The notes below the pieces were generated by a model. The model was given only the letters and a program-made list of their open reading frames with translations. It made no database searches and was not told the DNA's origin. The position numbers and the translations under genes are program-made. DNA of 28,208 bases from positions 1 through 28,208 of the forward strand of contig CAXHJY010000496.1 in the NCBI GenBank assembly GCA_964016885.1, read 5' to 3'. The number at the start of each line of letters is the position of its first letter. Positions within the stretch are counted from its first letter, which is position 1. This DNA comes from Eledone cirrhosa. Taxonomy: Eukaryota. This document shows positions 11,084-24,142 of the stretch, piece after piece.

Positions 11084-11194
11084 AATAATAATAATAATTG
11101 TTTCTATTTTCGGCACAAGATCAGCAATTACCCCAGTGTATTACTGGTACTTTATTTTATCGACCCCGTAAGGATGAAAGGCAAAGTTAACCTC
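11084..11194 (-). mobile_element. SINE (main family, short variant), 5'-truncated, with (ATT)n tail
   Basis: Central block is well conserved. Abuts the previous copy head to tail. Confidence 0.85.
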
Positions 11195-11402
11195 TGATGT
11201 GGTATAATGTGTGCAGGAGTAAGGTAAGGTTATTCACAAATATAGAAATCAAAGAAAACACACACAAGCACACAGACACACAGACACACACATCCTCAAA
11301 AAGGCAGACAGACAGACAGACAATAACAGAATGCTGATAATAATATAAAGATAATAACAAAGATAATATCAAAACAACTTGATTGTGAGTGGCATCGTAA
11401 GA

Positions 11403-11405
11403 GTA

Positions 11406-11474
<69 letters not shown>

Positions 11475-11628
11475 ATGTATATGTGTGTATACATGTGTGT
11501 ATACATATGTATATATATATATGTGTATATATATATATATATGTGTGTATGTATATGTGTATACATGTGTGTATACATATGTATATATATATATGTGTGT
11601 ATGTATATGTGTATACATGTGTGTATAC

Positions 11629-11671
<43 letters not shown>

Positions 11672-11810
11672 TATATTTATATATGTACACACACGTGTAT
11701 ATATAAGTGGGTGTATATATATATATATATATACATATATATATACATACATACATACACACATATATATATATATACATACACACACATCTATATATAT
11801 ACATACATAT

Positions 11811-11841
<31 letters not shown>

Positions 11842-11935
11842 CATATACACACACACATATATATATATATACTTACAGATATACACACATATATATACAT
11901 ACATACATACAGATATATATGCATATACATATATA
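11403..11935. repeat. (TA)n/(TG)n/(CA)n compound microsatellite with higher-order unit
   Basis: Unit ATGTGTATACATGTGTGTATACATATGT(AT)n occurs three times. A TG-rich half is followed by a CA-rich half. Confidence 0.95.
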
Positions 11936-12201
11936 AATATCCCCTCCCCACATACTTACATTTACGTGTAGGAGTGCAAATAAAAGAGAAAAAAAAAGAA
12001 AATAAATATGCAGCAAAGCGAAGACAAACAAATAAACAAATAAAGAAATAAACAAAGAAATAAATAAAGTGAAACAAAAGAAATATGAGAGGGAGGATGA
12101 GAGGGAAGGAATTAACATTTGTTGCCAACAGATGGAATCTAAAGACTGTGGCATAACTGAAGAGAGAGCTACCTTCTTACATTCCTTGTTAACTATCTCT
12201 C

Positions 12202-13971
<1,770 letters not shown>

Positions 13972-14037
13972 GGGGAATTATTAGAAGAAAGCCCCATTCG
14001 ATTTCAGTGGTTTCGGCATGTGTGATCAGTAAGCCTT

Positions 14038-14114
<77 letters not shown>

Positions 14115-14309
14115 GGGTGCATACGTAACGTGATTAAAGCTTTTAAAATTAATTATTTCCTAATTTTAACTGATACGAAAATATAGACCTTAAATCGTGA
14201 ATATGCACCGGAGTTAAAGGTAAATACATACGGTTTCACCTAATTTGTGTTTGTGCGGGTGAACATAATATAGTACGTTACACATACACACACACACATA
14301 TATACATGT

Positions 14310-14496
14310 AACGAAGGATGTGCGGTAAGGAACCAGGTGGACCATAGCGCTCCAGAGTACTCATTACTTTGGGTAGTAGAGTGGGTAATAGGTAAAGAGT
14401 CAGAACCCCGACGGCAGAGCTCAAGCCGTTTCGACAGCGATTTAGGTCCAGAAATAGCTGTCGAAACGGCTTGAGCTCTACCGTCTTGACTCTTTT

Positions 14497-14500
<4 letters not shown>
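14310..14500 (-). mobile_element. Fold-back family A (A3)
   Basis: Tail on the left, palindrome centred on GATTTAGGTCCAGAAAT, (TA)n on the right. Confidence 0.9.
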
Positions 14501-14538
<38 letters not shown>

Positions 14539-14694
14539 TATATATATATTACATAAAACACATATGTAATATACATGTATATACACACATATATTACATA
14601 ATACACACATGTGTATTATACATATATATGTACACACACACATTTTGATTACTTGCACAGGAAATATTTATTAGAATGCGGTTTAAGTGTGTAT

Positions 14695-14718
14695 AAATCT
14701 TTTAGGACACCCTGTGTA
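14695..14718 (-). mobile_element. Possible Tc1/mariner-type terminal inverted repeat end
   Basis: Reverse complement reads CAGGGTGTCCTAAAAG next to a TA tract. No convincing partner end was found. Confidence 0.3.
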
Positions 14719-15258
14719 TATACATATATATATATATATATATACGTGTGAACACACACACCACACACACAAATATACATACATATATATATATAAACCA
14801 CACATTCACTCAGACAATAAGTGTGTGTCTGAAATAATAGGAAATTCTTGAGCAATTTAGATAATTCGAAATCGAGCAGAAACAATGTAATTTATTAAGA
14901 GCTGAAAAAAGAAAATCTTCCTGCTTAAAAAAAAACATAAACAACAACCATCTTCCCCCAAATATAAATAGAATAGATTCACAATTTGACTAAATGTCTT
15001 AAACGCATAGACAGAAATGTTTAAGATGTGCCGCCACATTCGTAAGTATTTCCTCTAAAACAGAAATTTATTATCACCAGTTTTAACAGCTCCATACTTA
15101 ACAGCTACGCTTGATATTATAACGTGTGTTTTTATTCTACATAATCAGGCGGATGTTTTTCCACACCACCACACCCCGGCGCCTTCTGTTTTGCAATCCA
15201 TGCAACTCATATGCATTGCATATCTCTATTTTTGTGCATATTTGGCATGCCTGTATGC

Positions 15259-15294
<36 letters not shown>

Positions 15295-15298
<4 letters not shown>

Positions 15299-15564
15299 AT
15301 AGAGGTGTGACAAAGAGTTGTGATATATTAGTAAAAAGGAAAAGAAAATGGTGATACATTTTTCCCAGTGAAAAATAGTTTAATTAGGAATAAGTATAAA
15401 TTAGTAATAAATATTGGTTAGTAATCAGTTTTAGTTTTAAGTTTTTACCGGTTGCGCATTTCTAATGCTTTTCAAAATTAATTTTGAGATAGAGCGCCCG
15501 TGATGTTTGCTCTAATCTAGAGCAATTTATACTTATTCCTAATGAAACTATCTTTTCCTTTTTA

Positions 15565-15573
<9 letters not shown>
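15295..15573 (-). mobile_element. Fold-back element with degenerate minimal hammerhead
   Basis: Inverted arms at 15323-15402 (with an insertion) and 15524-15573. Minus strand 15446-15475 reads TTGAAAA-GCATT-AGA-AATGC-GCAAC-CG-GTA. (TA)n on both sides. Confidence 0.65.
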
Positions 15574-15596
<23 letters not shown>

Positions 15597-15651
15597 CTTT
15601 GGTTTTGAATCTGTTTTGCACATTTTCTCATCTGCAAACGTGTGTTAAACA

Positions 15652-15835
15652 GTGTAGGACAGAGCAAAGGAGAGATACGAAATAATATACCAGTCACTCA
15701 GGAGGTCACAGAATGTGTGACAAAAGATCTTTGACAATAAATGAACAAGCATCCGGTTAATGAACCAACGAACCAACTGGAAATTCGTAATAGATTGATG
15801 TGAAAACTAACAGGTGCGTGTGTTTTTATTGGCAG
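15652..15835 (-). mobile_element. Copy of the family D tail region
   Basis: Reverse complement aligns by eye with 25085-25297 (GCCAATAA..ACACACGCACC..; TCACACATTCTGTGACCTC..AGTGACTGG). Confidence 0.75.
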
Positions 15836-15854
15836 CATAGCCATCCCAAAGTAT

Positions 15855-15894
<40 letters not shown>

Positions 15895-16119
15895 CTCACT
15901 CCGACATGCGTGAAAACTCATTCACACATATACACACAGAAACCTATATAACCAAACGAGTAAACACACGTACACACACACAGACACACAACTAGAGTAA
16001 TTGACAGATGACAGTAATGTACCTACAGCAAAACAAAAGTTTATTGTAATTCACTCACATATAAACATAAACCAAATGGGTCCTCCGTCGGTGTGACTGA
16101 CTCTTTCAAGTCTGTGTGA

Positions 16120-16306
16120 AGGCATGTGGCTGAGTGGTTAGAGAATTTTTTGTGAGCTCGATTCCCAGACCGGGCAATGCGTTATGTCCTTGAGCAAGGC
16201 ACTTGATTTCACGTTTCTCCTTCTACCTGGATTTATGACCGGTAGATAGTATTAATAATTGTAAAAACCAATGGAAACATTGTTTCCTCGGTCCGATTTG
16301 ACGGTC

Positions 16307-16308
<2 letters not shown>
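16120..16308 (+). mobile_element. tRNA-derived SINE, second family (CORE-like)
   Basis: TGGCTGAGTGGTT A-box, GAGCTCGATTCCC B-box, TGTCCTTGAGCAAGGCACTT CORE-like block. Homologous to 8585-8800. Confidence 0.78.
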
Positions 16309-16346
<38 letters not shown>

Positions 16347-16624
16347 GTACACCTTTATTTTATTACATAATTCCACAATTCGTATTTCAAAGGGGTTAGG
16401 GTTTATATAATATAAAAAAGCCGACAGATTATTTCATCAACTGAATAATATATATATATATATACACACAACATGAAAGAGTCATACACACAAACGTATT
16501 TACTCACGATATACACACACACACATTACGATATAACCACACAGACACATACATCACTATACAGCTATACACACATACACAGAAAAAAAAACCTATCACA
16601 ATACAGCCACACACGCTGAAAGAC

Positions 16625-16927
16625 ACCACACCACAGTATAGCCACACACACACACACACACACCACAGTATAGCCACACACACACCACAGTATAGCCACA
16701 CACACACCACAGTATAGCCACACACACCACAGTGTAGCCACACACACACACACACCACAGTGTAGCCACACACACACACACACCACAGTGTAGCCACACA
16801 CACACACACACACCACAGTGTAGCCACACACACACCACAGTATAGCCACACACACACCACAGTGTAGCCACACACACACCACAGTATAGCCACACACACA
16901 CACACCACAGTATAGCCACACACACAC
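16625..16927. repeat. Minisatellite CCACAGT(A/G)TAGCCA(CA)n, about 12 units
   Basis: Conserved core with variable (CA)n spacer. Degenerate units continue leftwards. Confidence 0.95.
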
Positions 16928-16992
16928 TCAGGTCAGACTACCTGACAATATTTCAATGAAAATACAACAATTGGGTCATATCTTAATTTAAG

Positions 16993-17670
16993 AGGCGGTG
17001 GTGGTGGTGGGAATGTGGTAGTGGTGGCGGTGGTGGGAATGTGGTGGGGTAGTGGTGCGGGTGTTGGGAATGTGGTGGGGTAGGAATGTGGTGGGGTAGT
17101 GGTGGTGGTGGTGGGGTAATGGTGGTGGTGGGGTAGTGGTGCGGGTGGTGGGGTAATGGTGGTGGTGGGGCTGTTTAGAATGTGGCGAGGTAGTGGCTGT
17201 GGTGGTGGTGGTGTTGGGGATGTGATGTGGTAGTGGTGGTGCTGGTGGAGGTGGTGTTGGGAATGTGATGGGGTAGTGGTGGTGGTGGTGGTGGGAATGT
17301 GGTGGGGTGGTGGTGGTGTTGGGAATGTGATGGGGTAGTAGTGATAAAGGTATTCGTGGTAGTGGCGGTGGTGCTGGTGGTGTCAACAGTTTGGTAGTAC
17401 AAATAGTAGTAGTGGTGAAGGTAGTAGTAGTAGTAGTGGTGGTGTCACAGTGTAGTTGTAGATATAGCGATAGTTGTAGTAGTAGTAATAGTGATTGCGT
17501 AACTTGGTTCTTGTTTATGGTGTGGTAATGAAGTAGTAGTAGTAGTAGTGGTAGTAGTAGTAGTGGTAGTAGTTGTGGTTGTAGTTGGTGGTGCTGATGG
17601 TGTTAGTAGGAATGATTTGATGGTGGTGGTGGTGCTGGTTGTAGTAGTTGTGGTCTTAATAGTGGTGGTG
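16993..17670. repeat. (GGT)n/(AGT)n degenerate trinucleotide tract with a recurring GGGAATGTG unit
   Basis: Seen directly. Confidence 0.95.
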
Positions 17671-18164
17671 TACAAGGCAACCCGCCACCGAAATATCTCT
17701 CTCAAGGACATAAATATACCGCTGGAAATCGAACTAACGTCCTTTCCAACCAAGTTTAACAACAGCCAGCACAACTATTCCGTCTATTCAATTGGCAATG
17801 GACTCGACATGGACTCGAATAATTTGAAGTAACTTATGTAAGAGGTGTCGTAAGAAAGTGGAAAGCAGCGATGGGCACAGCTGAAGCACAAAACCCTTGA
17901 TGGACCCGGAAGTTTAAAATGAACCAGATTCGATAGTAGCAAGCAGGAAGTTCGTACAAGAAATGTTATGGGTTTCGAAGGAGCGAATAATCAGATCACT
18001 GACATTGTGAAAACAAACAAGGTCCTTCGATAAAGTAGGGAACAAGCGGTGTGTGTGTGTGTGTATATATATATATGTCATGTTTCATTTAAAAGAAATC
18101 ATTCCTGATGTTTTCGTTTGAATGAAACAGTTCTAGTATGTATATATATATATATATATATATA

Positions 18165-18305
18165 AGGAAAAGAAATCGAAAATGCAACTGGAGCCTTTCT
18201 AAGAATATTTATTTGTTTCCTTTACCGATTTCACAGTTCTTATGCTTTTCAATAGTAGAAATGAGATGCAGAGTTTGTGGTTTTTCAATGATTATTTGTT
18301 CCTTT
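18165..18305 (-). mobile_element. Decayed PLE-like fragment with minimal hammerhead motif
   Basis: Minus strand 18223-18252 reads TTGAAAA-GCA-TAAGAAC-TGT-GAAAT-CG-GTA. Follows a (TA)n tract. Confidence 0.45.
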
Positions 18306-18312
18306 ATATATT

Positions 18313-18430
18313 AATTGTTTCTACTTTTTGGCACAAGGCCACCAATTACCCAGTGCATTACTGGTACTTTATTTTATCGACCCCGTAAGGATGAAAGGCA
18401 AAGTTAACCCCGGCGGGATTTGAACTCAGA
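18313..18430 (-). mobile_element. SINE (main family, short variant), 5'-truncated
   Basis: Well-conserved central block and B-box. Confidence 0.88.
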
Positions 18431-18450
18431 CCTTATATATTAAAATTAAA

Positions 18451-18565
18451 GCGAGGTTTCACATTAAGGTCTGTATTGAATATCAAAGTTACGACTGTTT
18501 CACAGCTGGGTAGTTCAGGATCCGGTTCGATCTGATCATCAGACTTGTTGATCAAGCAAAACTTA
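18451..18565 (-). mobile_element. Hammerhead-bearing short element (family C)
   Basis: Reverse-complement homologue of 5591-5737. Confidence 0.7.
18486..18546 (-). ncRNA. Candidate type I hammerhead ribozyme
   Basis: AAGT-CTGATGA-[34 nt]-GAAAC-AGTC-GTA-ACTT. The core is intact and stem I AAGT/ACTT pairs. Closure of stem II is poor. Confidence 0.5.
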
Positions 18566-18845
18566 TCATATAGTCCTGATTTTGGTTCCTTCCTCAGTAA
18601 ACCAGGAATCTACTGAACCACTTGTGTGTGTGTGTGTGTTTTACACCCGTGTATCGATTACATTCATATAGACAGGCGAGATGTTTCTGGTTAAGACGAG
18701 TAAATACATTATTCAACGCAGTACTCAATACTTAGAGAAAGTTGAGTATATATATTATTATAGGATATAACCAAAAACAAGAACTTACCTTAGACATTAT
18801 TAAGTTTTTAATCCAATTAGGCTTCAAGAAATCTCTCTATATATA

Positions 18846-18925
18846 GTAGTGGAAAACCAGGTGCTTATATCCGAGGTTGGTAGAGCACTCAGTCCAAAGG
18901 ATGAGTTCGGTATAGAGTTACTTCC
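18846..18925 (-). mobile_element. PLE-like 3' tail fragment related to the 22941-23143 element
   Basis: GAGCACTCAGTCCAAAGGATGAGTT matches the reverse complement of 23083-23107 (GAGTACTCAGTCCAATGGACGAGTT). Abuts a TA tract. Confidence 0.55.
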
Positions 18926-19375
18926 ACCAACTTTGATCACTGTAAGGGCTCACTTATTTGTTGTGGAACAAACTAACTATATATATATATATATATATCA
19001 ATATGTAAGAAGGTTGGAGGGTTTATGTTTTTCACTGTTTGGTATAATTAATATACAACCACTACTAATTATAGAGTTAATAATAACACTTGGTATTAGT
19101 GGCTACTGAAGCTGTTTTCTCTACCTTCTTTCTGTATGTTCCCTTACGAATTTCAGTCATTAGACTGCGCTCATACTGGGGCATCTGTCCCTTACGTTAA
19201 TAGAAGTTTTCGTTTTCTTCTATTTCTTGTAGTTGTTTCTACGAGTTTTATCTTAGCTGTAAGTCCAATGTTTAAGCAATCCCAACGTGTGTGTATTTGT
19301 GTGTATATAAATACTTTAGTTTTTCACCTGAATTGAATTTATATATATGTGTATATATAAACTTAAGATTATTCG

Positions 19376-19412
<37 letters not shown>

Positions 19413-19825
19413 CTGTGTGTGTGTGTAAGAAAATTTAGACAAGAAAACTTTCTTTTAAGAAAAAGAAAATACGCGCCCACCTTTTAAGTTGTCAATCGAT
19501 ACTTGTGTTTACCTTGTAGACTTATATAATAAATTATTGAGTCGGCGCATAAGATCTAAATGTCCTTCCCACGCCAGTGGGTGAGGCTGTCATTGTTTGG
19601 GGGTTGTGTGTGTCTCATATCAATATATGTGTGATATCTATACGTTTGTGTATATCAATTTATTATATGTTCTGTATGTGTGTGTTTATCAATATATGTA
19701 TAGGTGTGTGTGTGTGTGTATTTGCAAGTGGTCAATCAACTCAGACAGGTAGGAAATATCCACTCCCCAACATTGCTTCCTCGCTTTATTGTTGATTTTT
19801 TATGAGCAGCTAAGCGACACGCCGA

Positions 19826-20046
<221 letters not shown>

Positions 20047-20176
20047 GCTATAAAGTGTTTGACGGAGGCGATTGGTTGGTGACATCCCCGTCACCACCAT
20101 TATAACACCACTAGTGCCATCGCATACCCGACACCCACCGCCGCCGCCGCCACCTCGAAGATGTTATAACAGCGAA

Positions 20177-20580
20177 GGTGGTGGGGTGGGGAGGGGGGGG
20201 GGGTGATAGTAAGATATGATAAGTGTCAAGATAATGGTGGTGGAGGTGGCGGCGGCGATGATGGTGATAGCGATGATGATGGTGGTGGTGGTGGTGGTGG
20301 TAATGGTAGATGTTGTGGTGATGGTGGTGGTGGTGGTAATGTTGATGGTGGTGGCGCGGCGGTGATGGTCGTGATGACAGTGATGGTGGTGGAGGTGGTG
20401 ATGGTCGTGATGGTGGTGGTCATGGTGGTGGCGGTCGTGATGGTGGTGGTGGCGGTGATGGTGGTGGTGTGATGTGGAGGGGAAGAGAGTTAAGGTGGTG
20501 ATGATTGTGATAATGGTGTGATGGTGAAGGTGGAGGTGAAGAGTGGTGTAGTGGTGGTGGTGTGATGGTGGAAGTGAAGG
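20177..20580. repeat. (GGT/GAT)n degenerate trinucleotide tract
   Basis: Seen directly. Confidence 0.95.
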
Positions 20581-20756
20581 TCTCTGGTATGGCGGCTAGA
20601 CAAGCACTAGCATGGTTGACTGGGTTTTACCTTTATGCATATGTTTCAATAGAATTGGAATGTCGTGAAGTGGGAGAGTCTATTTAGATAGTTTAAAATC
20701 TATTTTCTTTGTGCTTTCGACTGAGCATATGAATATATATATATATATATATATAT

Positions 20757-20889
20757 GAACGAGTAGGACCCCGACGGCTGAGCTCAAGCCGGCGGGGTCC
20801 TACTCGTTCCTATTACCCACTCTACTACCCTAAGTATTGAGTACTTTGGTGCGTTATGGTCCACCTGGTTCCTTACCACATTTCCTTCG

Positions 20890-20891
<2 letters not shown>
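20757..20891 (+). mobile_element. Fold-back family A (A1), hairpin centre deleted
   Basis: Tail nearly identical to that of the 7351 and 27511 copies. The palindrome is collapsed at CAAGCCG|GCGGGG. Confidence 0.92.
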
Positions 20892-20919
<28 letters not shown>

Positions 20920-20921
<2 letters not shown>

Positions 20922-21095
20922 CACAACGGAATTGTGGTAAGGAACCAGATGGACCATAACGTACCAGAGTACTCAAATTTTAGGGTAGTAGAGTGGGAAA
21001 TAGGAAAAAGTATGAGCCCGACGGCAGAGCTCAAGCCGTTTCGACGGCTAATTCTGTCCAGAAATAGCCGACGAAACGGCTTGAACTCTGCCGTC
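20920..21095 (-). mobile_element. Fold-back family A (A3), short arm ends at GTC
   Basis: Tail on the left, palindrome centred on TTCTGTCCAGAA. The right arm stops at CTGCCGTC. Confidence 0.9.
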
Positions 21096-21222
21096 CCGGG
21101 TTCAATCGGGGGTAACCACAGTAAGTAAGGTACTCAATACAAAGCAGAGTATAAATATTTAATATAGAAATGACTTCTACAGGACTAGAACTGTTTGATT
21201 CGGGAGAAATCATCAGGAAGAT
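21094..21222 (-). mobile_element. PLE-like tail of a different family fused to the family A copy
   Basis: CCCGGGTTCAATCGGGGGTAACCACAGTAAGTAAGGTACTCAATA matches the reverse complement of 4100-4145. The right boundary is approximate. Confidence 0.6.
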
Positions 21223-21249
21223 ATATATATTCATATATATCATATATAA

Positions 21250-21347
21250 GGGGAAAGTTGATTAAATCGACCCCGGTACATTACTGGTACTTTATTTTAT
21301 CACCGTAACGACCCCCGTAAGGATGAAACGCTAAGCTAACCTCGGCG
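21250..21347 (-). mobile_element. SINE (main family) fragment
   Basis: Central block with a small internal duplication. Confidence 0.8.
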
Positions 21348-21527
21348 ATTTGGGGGGAGAGGTAAGTCGATTAAATCGACCCCTGTGTATTACTGGTACT
21401 TTATTTTATCAACCCCGTAAGGATGAAAGGCAAAGTTAACCTCGGCGGGATTTGAAATCCGATCATATATAGCGCTGTAACTCTATGCTGCAAAACATGG
21501 CGTCCGACCCTCTACTAATCCACCGCC
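21348..21527 (-). mobile_element. SINE (main family), tandem to the previous copy
   Basis: Central block, B-box-like segment and head region. Confidence 0.82.
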
Positions 21528-21904
21528 ATTTAACCCGTGAATCAATGACTATAAACAGAACTTAACTATTCACACACGCTACTTAGAAACTTTTACATAA
21601 TCAGAAAAATATTTAGTAAAAGTGCACCATTCTGATCAGGTGTACTCTGTGTAATATCTTACCCGTAGATTGTATTGCAGGTCATACTATTGAAAAGTAA
21701 TACTTGAAATGGATCATATCGCTTGTATGAATATATCTGTGGTGCGTCAATAACCTAAAACTATAGCGATTGACTCACCAGACTAATACATGTTAAACCC
21801 TATAAGGACACACAGACATATTATGGAATAAGAGCGAGGGGAGTGGCGGAGCTAACGAAGTTGGGGGGGGGGGAGGCGATTAAATCTAGACCTGAGAATG
21901 CTCG

Positions 21905-22010
21905 TCAAATACTGGGGTTGATATAATATAGGTTCCCCAGTCATACTCATCGCTTCTCTTATGTCAAAATTGCTGTCCCTGTGTCTAAACTAAAGTAAAA
22001 ACAATTATTA
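21905..22010 (+). mobile_element. SINE (main family) degenerate 3' part
   Basis: TACTGGGGTTGATATAAT...AAAATTGCTGTCCCTGTGTCTAAA...AACAATTATT. Confidence 0.55.
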
Positions 22011-22029
22011 TATCTATAATACCCACCAT

Positions 22030-22168
22030 AGTTACGTCCGTTTACGATCTGAGTTCAAATCTCGCCGAGGTTAACTTTGCCTTTCATCCTTACGGGGTCG
22101 ATAAAATAAAGCACCAGTAATGTACTGGGTAATTGCTGGCCTTGTGCCAAAAGCAGACACAATTATTA
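22030..22168 (+). mobile_element. SINE (main family, short variant)
   Basis: GAGTTCAAATCTCGCCGAGGTTAACTTTGCCTTTCATCCTTACGGGGTCGATAAAATAAAG...GGCCTTGTGCCAAAA. Confidence 0.88.
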
Positions 22169-22389
22169 TATCTATAAAATATCTTTAGTGGTACAGATGA
22201 CATTTATCCAGTAGCTTCCCTATTCCCCTTTTCAACTTTAAACTCTTCATCTATGCTATACCGCCTTAAGTCTTTATGAAACACGGTACCACACAGTGCA
22301 AAAGACGTTCGGGCTACTGATATTTCGGGAGAAGAAAATTTGCTGTACTTTGAAGGTTCAACTCAACAAAAAAAAAAAAATACCCCTCA

Positions 22390-22444
<55 letters not shown>

Positions 22445-22549
22445 CATATATATATATATACATAATGTGTAAGTGTCTATCTATCTATCTATGAATGTGT
22501 ATTCTATATATATCATTTATGTTAGGTTGTTTACCAAAGGGTAGAACTG

Positions 22550-22629
<80 letters not shown>

Positions 22630-22940
22630 CTAGCAGACAAACGGACGCCAAATCTACGTAATCTTATAATTGTTTTAGACTTTTCCCTTGGCATCGACAT
22701 TCAATGAAATAGTTAAGTACATTTGGGGTCTAGTTTTATTTTATTTAACCCCTTCAGTACCATTTATTTATTCATTAATTATTCAATCAATTTAAACGTC
22801 CGCATAGAGCTAATAAGCCCTGCCAGACTATGAGAGATATCTAATGTATTTAAAATATCATAATATGATTGAATATTAAAACTATTTCGGTATTGAACAC
22901 TCCTTTCTCTCAGCCGTCAGCCAAATACGGATATATATAT

Positions 22941-23136
22941 ATTTAGTTATAAAAGTGACATATACAGGTATTTAAGTCTCGTTGGCTTCAGCACCCCACC
23001 TTTTTCAGCCTCGATGAGATGGGATGTATTACCCAACGAAAATTAAGTACCTGTATATGTCAAATTGTAACTAATAATACTTAACTCGTCCATTGGACTG
23101 AGTACTCTCACCCTAGCATATTTCTACCATACCTTT

Positions 23137-23143
<7 letters not shown>
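22941..23143 (+). mobile_element. Fold-back element (family E) with degenerate hammerhead and tail
   Basis: Imperfect arms at 22943-22985 and 23033-23074. Segment 23006-23053 reads CAGCC-TCGATGA-GATGGG-loop-CCCAAC-GAAAA-TTAA-GTA-CCTG. The tail contains TGAGTAC. (TA)n on both sides. Confidence 0.7.
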
Positions 23144-23194
<51 letters not shown>

Positions 23195-23277
23195 ATATAA
23201 GGTTATATATATAATAAGGTTATCAATGCCAGTACCGGTTGTATCTCAGCGCACTCCATAATATATATATATATATA

Positions 23278-23757
23278 ATAAAATATTAAAAAAATAATGG
23301 ATAAAACAATGAAACAGTTCCTTATATTAAACAAAAAAAAAATCCTTATTTAACGATCGTTTCTAGGATATATATGTATTAGAATTGGCATGCATATTCA
23401 ACAGATCTATGTACAAAATTATACAAAATTATACAAACTATCAAATTTAATATACATACCAACACATATATATGCCGTCTTCAGAAATAATTATTTCTGT
23501 TGAATATGCATGCCAATTCTAACACATATATATCCTAGAAACGATCGTTAAATAATGAACTTTTTTTGTTTAATATAAGGAACTGTTTCATTGTTTTATT
23601 CATTATTTTTTTAATATTTTATCTTGACTCTGTATTCCGTTTATCTTTCACCGAAAGTGATTTTTGAATGCATCTCTTCTTTCCATGATATCCGGATTAC
23701 ATTGAGTTCTTCATACGGATTGGACACTACCGTAAACTCTTGGTAGATTTATCTACA
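23278..23757 (+). mobile_element. Large fold-back element (family B): ~128-bp inverted arms plus 135-bp tail
   Basis: Near-identical inverted arms at 23278-23405 and 23496-23622, unique tail at 23623-23757, (TA)n on both sides. Confidence 0.85.
23346..23490 (-). ncRNA. Candidate complete type I hammerhead ribozyme with long stem II
   Basis: TTATTT-CTGAAGA-[~114 nt whose ends pair: GGCATATATATGTGTTGGTATGTATATT with AATATGCATGCCAATTCTAATACATATATATCC]-GAAAC-GATC-GTT-AAATAA. 6-bp stem I and palindromic stem III. Confidence 0.7.
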
Positions 23758-23793
23758 TATATATATAATATATATATTATATATATATTATAT

Positions 23794-23992
23794 TAAAAGA
23801 TTCAAGGACCCCGATGGCTGAGCTCCGGCCGTTTCGACAGCTAGATCCGAAAAGTTTGGATCTAGCTGTCGAAACGGATGGAGCTCAGCCGTCGGGGTCC
23901 TGACACTTTTCCTATTACCAACTCTACTACTCTAACTATCGAGTACCCTGGTGCGTTATGGTCCATCTGGTTCCTTACCACACTTTCTTTGT

Positions 23993-23993
<1 letters not shown>
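23794..23993 (+). mobile_element. Fold-back family A (A2), full copy
   Basis: Palindrome centred on GATCCGAAAAGTTTGGATC, family tail, (TA)n on both sides. Confidence 0.92.
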
Positions 23994-24025
<32 letters not shown>

Positions 24026-24066
24026 TACCTGTATGGTGTGTTACCTGTATATATATATGTGTGTGT

Positions 24067-24142
<76 letters not shown>

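Noticed and set aside
16625-16927. CRISPR-like repeat-spacer appearance
   Set aside because: The spacers are just (CA)n, the context is eukaryotic, and there are no cas genes.
16504-17832. Cys/Val-rich and His/Pro/Thr-rich ORFs
   Set aside because: They are fully explained by the minisatellite and the GGT/AGT tracts.
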